Below are positions 9,379 to 19,024 of a stretch of DNA of 64,000 nucleotides, piece by piece. The stretch comes from a virus. The stretch spans positions 8,785 to 72,784 of the IMG/VR virus record IMGVR_UViG_3300042446_002028; one strand, given 5' to 3'. A program made the position numbers and the translations under genes. The number at the start of each line of letters is the position of its first letter. Position 1 is the stretch's first letter. The notes below the pieces were generated by a model, which was not told where the DNA came from, ran no database searches, and was given only the letters and a program-made list of their open reading frames with translations.

Positions 9379-11064
9379 ATGAATAGAAGTGTTACTATTG
9401 TTACAGGATTATGGGATTTAGGAAGGGGACAACTTGATGGTTGGGCTAAGAGAGATTTCCAACAGTATAAAACAAAATTTTTTGAATTATTAGAAACAGA
9501 TGCCAATATGGTTATCTGGATACCAAAAGATTTAGAAGAAGATGTCTGGAAAATTAGAAAAAAAGAAAATACGCGAGTTTATATAAAAGAAGTAGAAGAT
9601 TTTAAAACTTGGTTTCCATTTTTTGATGAATTACAAAAAATCAGAACAAACGAAGAGTGGAAAAATTTTGCTGGATGGTTACCAGAATCACCACAAGCGG
9701 CATTGGAGTTTTATAACCCAATGATGATGACAAAAATGTTCATGTTAAATGACACAACAATATTTGACCCATTTGCATCTGATTATTTCTTTTGGATTGA
9801 TGGTGGTTTAACATCAACAGTACCTAAAGGATATTTCACAAAAGATAATGTGTTAGATAATTTAGATTACTATTGTGAGTTAAATGAAAAGTTTGTTCAC
9901 ATAACATACCCGTATACTGCAAACGACGAAATACATGGGTTTGAAAGAAAAAAGATGGCTGAATATTGCGGTGTTGACTTTGTTGATTACGTTGCAAGAG
10001 GTGGTTTCTTTGGGGGTAGAAAGTCCATAATATCCCAAATGAATGGCTTGTATTATAGTGTTTTAGAAACAACCATTAAGTCAGGTTACATGGGCGCTGA
10101 TGAATGTTTATTTACAATACTTTGTCATAGACATCCAGATATAATACATAGGTTTGAAATTGAAGGCAATGGTTTAGTATGGCCATTTTTTGAGAATTTA
10201 AAAACAATTAGAGAAACGGTAAAGAAAACTAAAAGAGGTTTGAAACCATTTTCAGATGTGAAAACAACTCTTTATGTGTTGACATATAATTCACCAAAAC
10301 AATTTGAAACATTAATTAAATCATTTGAGGAAGTTGATCATGATTTTTTGTCTAAACCAAGAAAAGTTTTATTAAATAATTCAATCGATAGAACTACTGA
10401 TGATGATTATAGAATATTATGTGAGAAATATGGGTTTGAAGAAGTTAAAAAAGATAACATAGGCATATGCGGTGGTAGACAATGGGTTGCTGAAGATTTT
10501 GAAGCCAGTGATTCTGATTACTATATATTTTTTGAGGATGATATGAATCTACACCCCAAAACAAATGAAATTTGTGGTTCAGGGTTCTCAAGATATAAAG
10601 AAAATTTATTTAGTAAGTCAGTTAGAATCATATATGAAAATGAATACGATTATTTAAAGTTATCGTTTTCCGAATTCTTTGGTGACAATATGGTTCAATG
10701 GGCATGGTATAATATTCCACAAAATATTAGGGATAAGTATTTTCCGGAGAAAAGAAGATTACCATTGAAGGGTTTTGATCCAGATGCGCCTAGAACCAAT
10801 TTTTCTTTAATGAAAAAATATCAAGACGTTACATATCTGGAAGGTGAGGTCCATTATTGTAATTGGCCACTATGGGTATCTAGAGAGGGTAATAACAAAT
10901 TGTTTTTGGAAACCAAATGGAATCATCCATTTGAACAAACTTGGATGAGTAATGTGTTTCAAATGCAAAAAGATAATAAAATAAAATCCGCGGTTTTACT
11001 GCTTTCACCAATTAAACATGATAGATTTGAATTTTATCCTGGAACAGAAAGAAGAGAGAATTGA
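9379..11064 (+). CDS. Hypothetical protein, N-terminal HtrL/YibB-like (LPS-biosynthesis-associated) domain
   Basis: A 561 aa ORF. The N-terminus VTIVTGLWDLGRG is reminiscent of the HtrL_YibB family. The call is tentative. Confidence 0.35.
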   Translation: MNRSVTIVTGLWDLGRGQLDGWAKRDFQQYKTKFFELLETDANMVIWIPKDLEEDVWKIRKKENTRVYIKEVEDFKTWFPFFDELQKIRTNEEWKNFAGWLPESPQAALEFYNPMMMTKMFMLNDTTIFDPFASDYFFWIDGGLTSTVPKGYFTKDNVLDNLDYYCELNEKFVHITYPYTANDEIHGFERKKMAEYCGVDFVDYVARGGFFGGRKSIISQMNGLYYSVLETTIKSGYMGADECLFTILCHRHPDIIHRFEIEGNGLVWPFFENLKTIRETVKKTKRGLKPFSDVKTTLYVLTYNSPKQFETLIKSFEEVDHDFLSKPRKVLLNNSIDRTTDDDYRILCEKYGFEEVKKDNIGICGGRQWVAEDFEASDSDYYIFFEDDMNLHPKTNEICGSGFSRYKENLFSKSVRIIYENEYDYLKLSFSEFFGDNMVQWAWYNIPQNIRDKYFPEKRRLPLKGFDPDAPRTNFSLMKKYQDVTYLEGEVHYCNWPLWVSREGNNKLFLETKWNHPFEQTWMSNVFQMQKDNKIKSAVLLLSPIKHDRFEFYPGTERREN

Positions 11065-11096
11065 AAATATCGTGATATTTATATGTAAAAAAAACT

Positions 11097-11336
11097 ATGG
11101 CACAATTTAAAGTAATCGGTATTAACGCTTCAGAAGAAAGCGGTTTAACCAAAGAAACAATTGATCAAACATTTGCAACAAGAGATGAAGCTCATACATA
11201 TATAACCACGAATTTTACTTGGGATATGTTTGATAATGAAGAAACTAACGAGCATTATATGGCTTTAAGGTTTCATCACAACGATGTTGCATATGATTTC
11301 TTCCAGGTTCACGAAGTTGCTGAAGTGGTTGAATAA
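11097..11336 (+). CDS. Small acidic hypothetical protein
   Basis: A 79 aa ORF. Confidence 0.4.
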   Translation: MAQFKVIGINASEESGLTKETIDQTFATRDEAHTYITTNFTWDMFDNEETNEHYMALRFHHNDVAYDFFQVHEVAEVVE

Positions 11337-11382
11337 CCATTTTAAAAACATAAACAGATAAACGCGGCATAGATGGACCCTG

Positions 11383-11625
11383 ATGGTGATAAAAAAAATA
11401 AAATCTCTAAGAGAGAAAAACAAAAGAATAGCTTTCTACAAAGATACGTCTCTAATGTTAGCGATGTTCTTTCTCCCATTTGGGTACGACGCCTTATTCA
11501 AATTAATAATGGATTTGAGTGGTTCGTATTGGGTTGCAGATATCGTTTTTTATTCAATTTCCGCTTGTTTTTGGTGTTCTTATATATTACTTACCAAGTA
11601 CTTAAATAAAAAAGAAACCCCATAA
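11383..11625 (+). CDS. Small membrane protein (2 predicted TM helices)
   Basis: An 80 aa ORF, one of two overlapping frames (the other is 11373-11609). It ends at the terminator hairpin. Confidence 0.3.
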   Translation: MVIKKIKSLREKNKRIAFYKDTSLMLAMFFLPFGYDALFKLIMDLSGSYWVADIVFYSISACFWCSYILLTKYLNKKETP

Positions 11626-11641
11626 TTTGGGGTTTTTTTTA
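11615..11641. terminator. Bidirectional rho-independent terminator between convergent genes
   Basis: Hairpin AAACCCC-ataattt-GGGGTTT followed by T8. An A-run on the other side serves the reverse strand. Confidence 0.6.
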
Positions 11642-11791
11642 TTTCTTTTTCTTTTTCGTTAACTTTTCTTCTGGTTTTTGTAAACCTTTCTTGGTTTCAT
11701 CTTTTTTGATGTAGTGACCTTTTGTTGCCTCTTTATGTTTATCGAGGATTCTTTTTTTGTCTTCTTCAGACATGCTAAAAATTGAGTTCAT
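11639..11791 (-). CDS. Small lysine-rich protein (50 aa)
   Basis: ATG at 11789-11791, 2 nt after the stop of the upstream gene. Translation is MNSIFSMSEEDKKRILDKHKEATKGHYIKK...TKKKKK. It ends at the terminator. The ORF is below the 60-aa cutoff of the six-frame listing. Confidence 0.3.
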   Translation of the reverse strand: MNSIFSMSEEDKKRILDKHKEATKGHYIKKDETKKGLQKPEEKLTKKKKK

Positions 11792-11792
11792 T

Positions 11793-12083
11793 TTAAAATG
11801 TTTTTTGTTTTTTTATTCCTTCACATTCCAGTTTTTTAAATTGTAATGCTTGGCATTTTTCATATTCTTCTTTTTCCTCTAATACCTTAATTGCTGTACC
11901 AAGTATTTCAATGAAAAGTTCTAAATCATTGTCATAACTTAAAACGCTACAAGTACAATAATACTCATATAAGGTCTCATTGTCAATGCTTTTGAGATAA
12001 TCATATATCATGTGGACCTCATTGTCATCATAGTTTCCTTTATGTAAAATTCTTGTAGCTTGCAATAAAAAAGAAATAGACAT
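11793..12083 (-). CDS. Hypothetical protein
   Basis: A 96 aa ORF. Confidence 0.4.
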   Translation of the reverse strand: MSISFLLQATRILHKGNYDDNEVHMIYDYLKSIDNETLYEYYCTCSVLSYDNDLELFIEILGTAIKVLEEKEEYEKCQALQFKKLECEGIKKQKTF

Positions 12084-12094
12084 ACTAATAAATA

Positions 12095-12460
12095 CTAAAC
12101 AACAACCTCACCGATTTTTTTATCTAAAAATCTAAAACATTCAATAAAACCATCCGATTCAATTTCTTCTCTGGTTCTTTTAGTTTCTTTAGATGGTCCA
12201 AAACTAAAACCATTACTTAACGAGATACAATAATCCCAGTTACTTTTTGAATACATTTCTATGATTAGGAAAATACCTTCTTTGTCAAAGAAATGGTACA
12301 ACTTTTTAATATCATACAATTCCAATGTGGAAACACTCTCAACGCCAATATTTGGGAACATCACTTCACTAAACCTAGTAAAGGCGGATGGATACAAATA
12401 CTTTATGGTATACCAATCTAACATAACTATAAAATAAAAAATGTTCTTTATTTTATCCAT
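12095..12460 (-). CDS. Hypothetical protein
   Basis: A 121 aa ORF. Confidence 0.4.
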   Translation of the reverse strand: MDKIKNIFYFIVMLDWYTIKYLYPSAFTRFSEVMFPNIGVESVSTLELYDIKKLYHFFDKEGIFLIIEMYSKSNWDYCISLSNGFSFGPSKETKRTREEIESDGFIECFRFLDKKIGEVVV

Positions 12461-12520
12461 AAATAACCTGTTTTTATTAAAAAATAATTAGTTTTTTGAA
12501 AAATATTATAATACTTATAA

Positions 12521-12769
12521 ATGTTTAAAATGATAATACGAAACTTAAATTTTAACGAGAATACTAGGACTTTATATGTTGAATTTTCAACTGATGAGGA
12601 CAGTGATGAATACTATCGAGGACTTTGGCTCTCAATTGAGGAGATTGAATTCTACTCTCCGACAATAATAACTGAGGATGATTTATACACAATTGACGAG
12701 GAATTTACATTAGAAATACTTGTTGAATACTTGAAGGATAATGATTTACCCGAAGAACAAAGTTTGTGA
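12521..12769 (+). CDS. Small acidic hypothetical protein
   Basis: An 82 aa ORF whose stop overlaps the next start. Confidence 0.4.
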   Translation: MFKMIIRNLNFNENTRTLYVEFSTDEDSDEYYRGLWLSIEEIEFYSPTIITEDDLYTIDEEFTLEILVEYLKDNDLPEEQSL

Positions 12770-13149
12770 TATTTATTAATATGAGTTTTTTAACAGACGA
12801 ACAGAAGGAAAAACTTAACAAATTCGTTAAATTTGTTAAGGATGAACTTGAATTAGATCAAGTACCCAAGATTGTTATCCAAAACAATCGTAATGGGCTT
12901 AAAACGACTGCAAATTACAATTATAACTTAGAGGTCAAGGTTATCAAAGTAACGGCTAAAAACAGGTTGTTAGTTGACGTTATGAGAAGTATCGCTCACG
13001 AGTTGGTACATCATAAACAATATGAGCAGGGTCGATTAAAAGTGAAACCACCAGATATCGGTGGTGAGATTGAAGATGAGGCGAATGCTAAAGCCGGTCA
13101 ATTTATCAAGATGTTTTCAAAATTAGACGAAACAATCTACGACGAGTAA
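12766..13149 (+). CDS. Zincin-like metallopeptidase-fold protein (HExxH ... E.EA), paralog of 2672-3055
   Basis: Contains SIAHELVHHKQ followed by EDEANAKAG. Length (127 aa) and motif spacing match the paralog at 2672-3055. Confidence 0.45.
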   Translation: MIFINMSFLTDEQKEKLNKFVKFVKDELELDQVPKIVIQNNRNGLKTTANYNYNLEVKVIKVTAKNRLLVDVMRSIAHELVHHKQYEQGRLKVKPPDIGGEIEDEANAKAGQFIKMFSKLDETIYDE

Positions 13150-13233
13150 TTTACACTTTAAAATGTCCCATAAAAATGGGATATTTTCTTGTTATCGGGT
13201 AAAGAAACCAAAACTTTTTGATATTTATCTATT

Positions 13234-15492
13234 ATGCGGTTATTATTAAAGCAAAGTCAGTTAGAAGGCCTTATCACCAAACTAGCAAAAAACCAAGAAC
13301 TTATGGAGGATGAGCCAGGAACTGGTGCCCCAGAAACTGGTACTAGTGGTGATGGTGAAAAGAAAACTGGAGCAACAAAATGGGAAAGCGGAGTAACTAG
13401 AGGACCGGCTAATCAAATTGGTGTAACCAAATGGTCAGACGTGGTTGGTTCAACCTTAAAGAGAGGTAAAGCAAATCCATTATCGGAGCAATCAGCACCA
13501 CCTATTGGCACTAAGGTCGGTAATACCACATACAAAACATTTTGGGGCGAATCTATTGAAATTCCAAATGAAAATTTTAAAGTAGCATTATGGTCACCTG
13601 TGATTAGTAGAATAGATGCTTTTGGTGGTTTAAATGCGAATGGTAAATGGGAAGTAACTAGAGGTGGCGAAACATACGAGAGAGAAGCCCCACTTGAGGG
13701 TTACTTAAGAAAAGTGTTCCCAGATGATACCATTCAATATATAATAGATTTAAAAACAAACAAAACATATCATTCAATCCTTTCATTGAGAGATTTGAAA
13801 GCTAAGATGGTAAGTAATAATTTAGGTGGTACTAGTGTTGAAAGTAGTAGCCCTGAAAATTATCAATGGATACCAAAATACGCATATCTTAATTATCCAC
13901 AAAAAAATGAGTCCGGGTCACCTATTGGTGAACCAGAATCATTTATGGGTATAACTAGAAGTAAAATTTCTGGTGAATATGATGATTTTGTAAAAACAAA
14001 ATACACGAAAGAGGATGAAGTAAAACGTTATTTCGATAGAATGTCGTACTCAGGTAAGGAAGTTCCTAAGGGAATGAATCCAAATTTATATGATGAATAT
14101 CTTTATAAAAAAGACCGTATTCTCAAGAGCGAAAATCAAGATAACCCAGCATTATTGGTAAATAAACAGTTGGCACAATTGGATGCTCAATATATGAGCC
14201 CATTAGGTGAGGGCGGTGTTCCTGAATTTAGTTATGGTATTGATCCAGCATCAAGAGAGGCGTTCATGAAAATGAAAGCTAAATTTGACCAAAAATATGA
14301 CCCTCAAATTGGAGCGTTGCAAGATAGATTAGCTAATATGGTTAGTTATGATTTATCTGGTATGCCATTGTATGATGCTAATTACGATGAAGTAAGTGAA
14401 CAACTAAATCAATTAACAACCAAAAGGAATCAAGAGTATGAACTACTAAGAACAACTTGGGGTTACGATTATTGGAAACCTAGTGTATTGGGTAAAGCAT
14501 TTGATGAGTGGTGGGATAAATGGGGTACATTAGTTCAAATTGTTGGAAATATAGCATTGGTTGTCGCTAGTGGTGGTATTGCAGGTATATTTAGAGGTGT
14601 AGCAGCGGGCGCTGTTAGAGCATTAGCACCAACGGTGGCTGACGTGACATTTAATGCGTTGGTGGGTGCATATCAGGCAAATAGAGGACAAGATTCTGAA
14701 GCGTTAATATCGTTTATATGTGCATTTTTACCAGTTGCTAAGTATGGTTTTAACGTAGGTAAAGTTAGTCAAGAATCTGCTGTAAAATTAGCTACCAAAA
14801 TACGTAATACTAGTGGTTTATTAACCGATAAACAAAGTTTAAGTAATTTTATTGCGTTATTAAGTGAAGAAGAACGATACATTTTTAGAAACGTTATGTC
14901 TTTACCTAAAGAAGAAATACAAAAAGGTTTTGATTTAATATTAAAGGATATCAACGCTGTTGCTGCTAAAGAGGGTATCGAAATAGCTAAAACATCATTT
15001 AAAACTTGGGGTAAACCATTCTTAAAAGAATTGGGGTTAGAATTTGGTGTACCGGCGGCCGCACAAATTGCAAATACACTTACAGGTTTTATTGTTGATA
15101 GTACACCAATGATTGAGTGGGACGCAGAATCGTTAGACAAAAGTAGAAAAATGGTTGAGGCGCACTTACAAAGTATAAAAGGTAAAACAGACGAGGAAAC
15201 TAAAGTTAAACAAATTGCGGTAGCTAATGCTGTTTTTGATGATGCTCAATTGAAAAATGACCTTAAAAATAAGAAAACATTTGAGGAAGCAACTAATACG
15301 ATTGTTGAATCAATTGATGACCACGCTAGGGAAATTAACGCAAAAACCACAGAAGATGTTAAAAAAGATATAGTAAATGATACTGAATTGGCTAAAAAAG
15401 TTGCAACCTATAATGACATTTTCAAAAAGAATAAAGCAAACCCGAGCACAAATAAACAAACACCATCACAAAATATAGATAATAAAGAATAA
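13234..15492 (+). CDS. Large hypothetical protein (752 aa) with a glycine-zipper-like hydrophobic segment
   Basis: Contains the segment GNIALVVASGGIAGIFRGVAAGAVRALAP. It may be a virion-internal or membrane-interacting protein. No catalytic motif is recognisable. Confidence 0.5.
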   Translation: MRLLLKQSQLEGLITKLAKNQELMEDEPGTGAPETGTSGDGEKKTGATKWESGVTRGPANQIGVTKWSDVVGSTLKRGKANPLSEQSAPPIGTKVGNTTYKTFWGESIEIPNENFKVALWSPVISRIDAFGGLNANGKWEVTRGGETYEREAPLEGYLRKVFPDDTIQYIIDLKTNKTYHSILSLRDLKAKMVSNNLGGTSVESSSPENYQWIPKYAYLNYPQKNESGSPIGEPESFMGITRSKISGEYDDFVKTKYTKEDEVKRYFDRMSYSGKEVPKGMNPNLYDEYLYKKDRILKSENQDNPALLVNKQLAQLDAQYMSPLGEGGVPEFSYGIDPASREAFMKMKAKFDQKYDPQIGALQDRLANMVSYDLSGMPLYDANYDEVSEQLNQLTTKRNQEYELLRTTWGYDYWKPSVLGKAFDEWWDKWGTLVQIVGNIALVVASGGIAGIFRGVAAGAVRALAPTVADVTFNALVGAYQANRGQDSEALISFICAFLPVAKYGFNVGKVSQESAVKLATKIRNTSGLLTDKQSLSNFIALLSEEERYIFRNVMSLPKEEIQKGFDLILKDINAVAAKEGIEIAKTSFKTWGKPFLKELGLEFGVPAAAQIANTLTGFIVDSTPMIEWDAESLDKSRKMVEAHLQSIKGKTDEETKVKQIAVANAVFDDAQLKNDLKNKKTFEEATNTIVESIDDHAREINAKTTEDVKKDIVNDTELAKKVATYNDIFKKNKANPSTNKQTPSQNIDNKE

Positions 15493-15519
15493 CGAAATAT
15501 TTATAAAATAAAAATTACA

Positions 15520-17382
15520 ATGAAAAAAGGATTAATAATTGAAACAAGGGTAATTTCAGAAATTAGAAGACAAAGAGAATTAATGGGATTAAAACCTGTT
15601 GTTTTAAATGAAGCTGCGGAAAGAATACCATTTCTTAACCGTGTGATTAAGTGGATTGTTGGGAATGCGCCTGAAACCAAGTTAAGTGATATGCTTGGTG
15701 GAAACGCACCTCAAATTATGAAGCGTTTACAAAAACTTGGAATTAATTCAATTGAAACATTAGAAAAGAATTTATTTGACGAAGCTGGCACTGCAACACG
15801 TAAAATACCTACCGATGTTGAGAAATCCATTATTAAAGCATTTAGAAAAAAAGTATTTACTGATCCTGATTTAGCTGATTTGGCTAAAGAATCGGTAGTA
15901 GATTATTTTGATAGATTAGGTAATTTATCCAATGGTGTTAGTGTAAGTGAAACGATTGAAAACTTACTTAGCGCAGATTTTACTATTCCGGATGTTAGAA
16001 AAGCGGCTGATGATTTGATTGCTCAATTAGAATTGAGATTTGGTAAAGATAACGAAGCTGTTCAGTATGTTAAGAAAAGTACTGAAATGAAAAAAGTCGA
16101 TAATGCTTTTGATGATGTCGATGTTAACGGACCAAAGGTTGATGATGCAAATACGCCAGAACCTGAACCTATTAATATTAACGGTTCAGATACACCAAAT
16201 CCGGATGATATTAAATTTGATTTTGGTAGTAACACCTACCCAGATCCAGAAAAATTACCAGATTTAGAAATTGATTTCGAGGCAGCATATAGAGCAATGC
16301 AGTTTGAGCCAGAAAAAGTACCAGAAACTCTTGCCAATCAAATTAGAACAATGGCTGATAGAACACCTTTATTTAAAGGTCAATCAGAAGCTAAAAAAAT
16401 AGAAGTTATTGAGGAAATAAAATCAAAATTTGTGATTTTATATAATAAAGAAGTTAAAGATGCTACTGCACAAATTGTGGGTGCGCTAGACGACCCAAAA
16501 GTATTAGCACAAATAGAAAAAGCGTGGAAAAGTATTAGCACATCACCATCGGCTAAACAAGCGTTACTTGATAAAGCACTAAAAGATAGCAATGTTAAAC
16601 TTTCACCACTTTCAAAACAATATTGGAAGAACTACGCTACTGGTAAATCAGCTAGTACTGGTGCTGATATTGGACCAAAACAATGGTTTAAAAACTATGC
16701 CCAAGCAGTGGGGGTATCAACATTTATTACAGTTGGTCAGATTGTATTAAATTCAATTACCAGCAATAAAAACATTGGTTGGGATAATTTACCAGGAGAT
16801 ACTGATGGTGAAAAAATTTATGAATTAATTAAACCAGGCGAGGCGTTCTTTAAAGCGTCTTTACCACCATTTATGGGATCTCTTTTATTAACCATAGGTG
16901 TTGATAGATTATTTATTAACAAATATAGAAAACCTTCGGCTAATGAAATTAGAGAAAAGTTATTAATAAAAAATGAGGCGACAGTTGAAGTTAAAGATGT
17001 GCCGGCTAGTACTTACAAAGACGCTGAATATTCTAGAACTATATTAATTAATGGTATAAATGTTGGTGATTGGACTTTAGAAATTGAAACCAAAAAATTA
17101 GTTGCAATGAAAAAAGGAGATCCAATACCTGAAGACGCTAAAACTGGATCAACTGGTAATACACCAGCACCCGCGCCTGCACCAGTAGTAAAAACAACGA
17201 TGACTAAGGCAGAGGTTGAGGCAAAAGCGGTTAGTAGTACTCATGGCTATGTTGCCCCTATAAGATTTACACCAAATGAAGATAACAAGGATAGTTACGA
17301 CGGCATTGACAAAGATGGTTATAAATTCATCGCAAAATTAGTTAGTGGGGAAATAGCTATAACATCAAATGGAAAAGAATAA
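15520..17382 (+). CDS. Large hypothetical protein (620 aa)
   Basis: Has an acidic and Pro-rich mid region (TPEPEPININGSDTPNPDD) and a PAPAPAP segment near the C-terminus. Confidence 0.5.
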   Translation: MKKGLIIETRVISEIRRQRELMGLKPVVLNEAAERIPFLNRVIKWIVGNAPETKLSDMLGGNAPQIMKRLQKLGINSIETLEKNLFDEAGTATRKIPTDVEKSIIKAFRKKVFTDPDLADLAKESVVDYFDRLGNLSNGVSVSETIENLLSADFTIPDVRKAADDLIAQLELRFGKDNEAVQYVKKSTEMKKVDNAFDDVDVNGPKVDDANTPEPEPININGSDTPNPDDIKFDFGSNTYPDPEKLPDLEIDFEAAYRAMQFEPEKVPETLANQIRTMADRTPLFKGQSEAKKIEVIEEIKSKFVILYNKEVKDATAQIVGALDDPKVLAQIEKAWKSISTSPSAKQALLDKALKDSNVKLSPLSKQYWKNYATGKSASTGADIGPKQWFKNYAQAVGVSTFITVGQIVLNSITSNKNIGWDNLPGDTDGEKIYELIKPGEAFFKASLPPFMGSLLLTIGVDRLFINKYRKPSANEIREKLLIKNEATVEVKDVPASTYKDAEYSRTILINGINVGDWTLEIETKKLVAMKKGDPIPEDAKTGSTGNTPAPAPAPVVKTTMTKAEVEAKAVSSTHGYVAPIRFTPNEDNKDSYDGIDKDGYKFIAKLVSGEIAITSNGKE

Positions 17383-18379
17383 TAACATGAAAATCAAGAA
17401 CTTAATATTAGAACAACTTTCAACTAGGGATAAATCTAAATTAGAAAATTTGAAAACTAATGGTTATGAGGTAATTACCACTAGAAAATACAACTCAGAC
17501 AAAACTAAGTTTGATTACGAAACAGTTGGTTCGGGGTCAAGCATTGTTTATTTAGAGAAAGCAAAAGTTGCAACCAACACCAATACCAACACCAATACCA
17601 ATACCAACACTAATACCAACACCAACCCAGCACCTGTAAGTACCGATTTAAACGATTATATTGGAAAGTATAAAGCAGAAGATGGTGAAGAGTCCGAAGT
17701 AAAAATAGACGGAGGCGTTTTAAAAACAACTGTTAAAGGTATAGCATTTAAATTAACAAAAACCAGCAAAGATCTTTTTGATATTAGTGGGTTTGGTCAA
17801 ACTGGTAGATGTGAATTTTTAAGAGATTCATCTGGCAAAGTTGTTGGCGTTACTGCGGAGATTGGTACACATTCAATTAAAGGTACCAAAGTTGGTGTAA
17901 CCGCAAGTACTAGTGGCGGTAGCAGTAGTTCATCAGTTCCAGCAATTAATCCTCAAGCATCTGGTGGCTCATCTAGTGGTTCACAAATTACTGGATCTAT
18001 AAGTGGATGGCCAACATGTGTACAAAGAACACAACAAAAAAATATATACATCATAACGGATAAAAAAGATATTCCTGTAACATATTTTAAGGATCAAGCA
18101 GGTGCCGATGATTTTTTAACTAAGAATACCGAAAAGGGATATGAAATTAAAAAAGAAGCGTGTGTTTTTAAGTTTGAAGATTGTGACTTAGATTTACAAG
18201 GACCATTTAGTTGTGAAATGTATCTTAGAAAAAATGGTACATTCATTTCTAACGGTGATTATAAAATAGGTCAATGGAAATGTAGCGAAAGAAATAGAGT
18301 ACAATACTTTGATTTACAATTAAGTGAAGAAAAAATTAGAAAAAATATCAAGAAGGGTTTGAATAAACTGATTAAATAA
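17369..18379 (+). CDS. Hypothetical protein with a (TN)9 linker and Ser/Gly-rich linkers
   Basis: A 336 aa ORF with TNTNTNTNTNTNTNTNTN encoded by a hexanucleotide microsatellite at about 17575-17628. Confidence 0.5.
   Translation: MEKNNNMKIKNLILEQLSTRDKSKLENLKTNGYEVITTRKYNSDKTKFDYETVGSGSSIVYLEKAKVATNTNTNTNTNTNTNTNTNPAPVSTDLNDYIGKYKAEDGEESEVKIDGGVLKTTVKGIAFKLTKTSKDLFDISGFGQTGRCEFLRDSSGKVVGVTAEIGTHSIKGTKVGVTASTSGGSSSSSVPAINPQASGGSSSGSQITGSISGWPTCVQRTQQKNIYIITDKKDIPVTYFKDQAGADDFLTKNTEKGYEIKKEACVFKFEDCDLDLQGPFSCEMYLRKNGTFISNGDYKIGQWKCSERNRVQYFDLQLSEEKIRKNIKKGLNKLIK
17575..17628 (+). repeat. Hexanucleotide microsatellite (ACCAAY)x9 inside a CDS
   Basis: The sequence accaacaccaataccaacaccaataccaataccaacactaataccaacaccaac is readable directly in the window. 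Confidence 0.8.
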
Positions 18380-18504
18380 GATATTTATTAATAGAGTTTG
18401 ATGGTTTGGTCGCCATTAAACGATAATGATTACAAAACGAAAAGGAGGTATTTAAATCTCGACAAAGGGGCTCTAAAGGCCTCTTTGCTCGTTTATATAG
18501 GTAC

Positions 18505-18531
18505 CAAAAAAAACCCATCCGAAGATGGGTT
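18505..18531 (-). terminator. Rho-independent terminator of the tmRNA gene
   Basis: The reverse strand reads AACCCATC-TTCG-GATGGGTT followed by a T-run, immediately 3' of the tmRNA acceptor end. Confidence 0.65.
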
Positions 18532-18533
18532 AA

Positions 18534-18944
18534 GGTGGAGGTGACGGGACTCGAACCCGTGTCTTTCCTGCTCAACAATAAATGACTACACGTTTATTCA
18601 ATTAGTTCACAACTGACAAATATTTGGTTCCTATTTTGACATCGTTACCAACAACTGTGTCGAGTTCACTTTTGTTACGGTAGCCCTCTGAACAAGACCG
18701 TTTATTTCTTTTTGGGTAGAAATCACACCTTAAGAGCTTCTGTTCCTAGGTTACATGCTCGTCGACCCGATTGTAGTACCTAACTTGGTTAGGCAGCTAC
18801 TTTGGAAGTTGCAAGTAAACCTGCAATTTCCATGTTGTTGTAAACGTTGCCGTTTGAATTGTTTCACCGTAGATTTAAGTCATAGATGAATTCTGACTAC
18901 GTGCCATTTATTCCCGATACCTGAAATCAATGCCAGGCACCCCC
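18534..18944 (-). ncRNA. ssrA: tmRNA (ssrA), about 411 nt
   Basis: The reverse-strand 5' end is GGGGGUGCC and the 3' end is ...ACGGGUUCGAGUCCCGUCACCUCCACC. These form a 7-bp acceptor stem with a G3-U70 wobble, a T-arm and an encoded -CC. An internal frame GGC AAC GUU UAC AAC AAC AUG GAA AUU GCA GGU UUA CUU GCA ACU UCC AAA GUA GCU GCC UAA ends in ...KVAA-stop, which is tag-peptide-like. A terminator follows. Confidence 0.75.
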
Positions 18945-19024
18945 ATATGATAAAGAACTTAAAACAAATTTAGACAAAAAAAGTGAGAAAATCCCACTTT
19001 TAACATAAAAGAATAAGTTTGTTC

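Noticed and set aside
14769-15140. Antisense ORFs inside large genes (14769-15140, 16380-16592, 32074-32259, 33485-33799, 35363-35698, 36368-36766, 57741-58004, 57797-58045, 58094-58511, 59533-59793, 60246-60437, 61380-61802, 62490-62708)
   Set aside because: Each is embedded in the opposite strand of a longer ORF with good motifs. Their composition is typical of antisense frames.
18372-18578. 68-aa reverse-strand ORF overlapping the tmRNA 3' end and terminator
   Set aside because: It overlaps a well-supported tmRNA.
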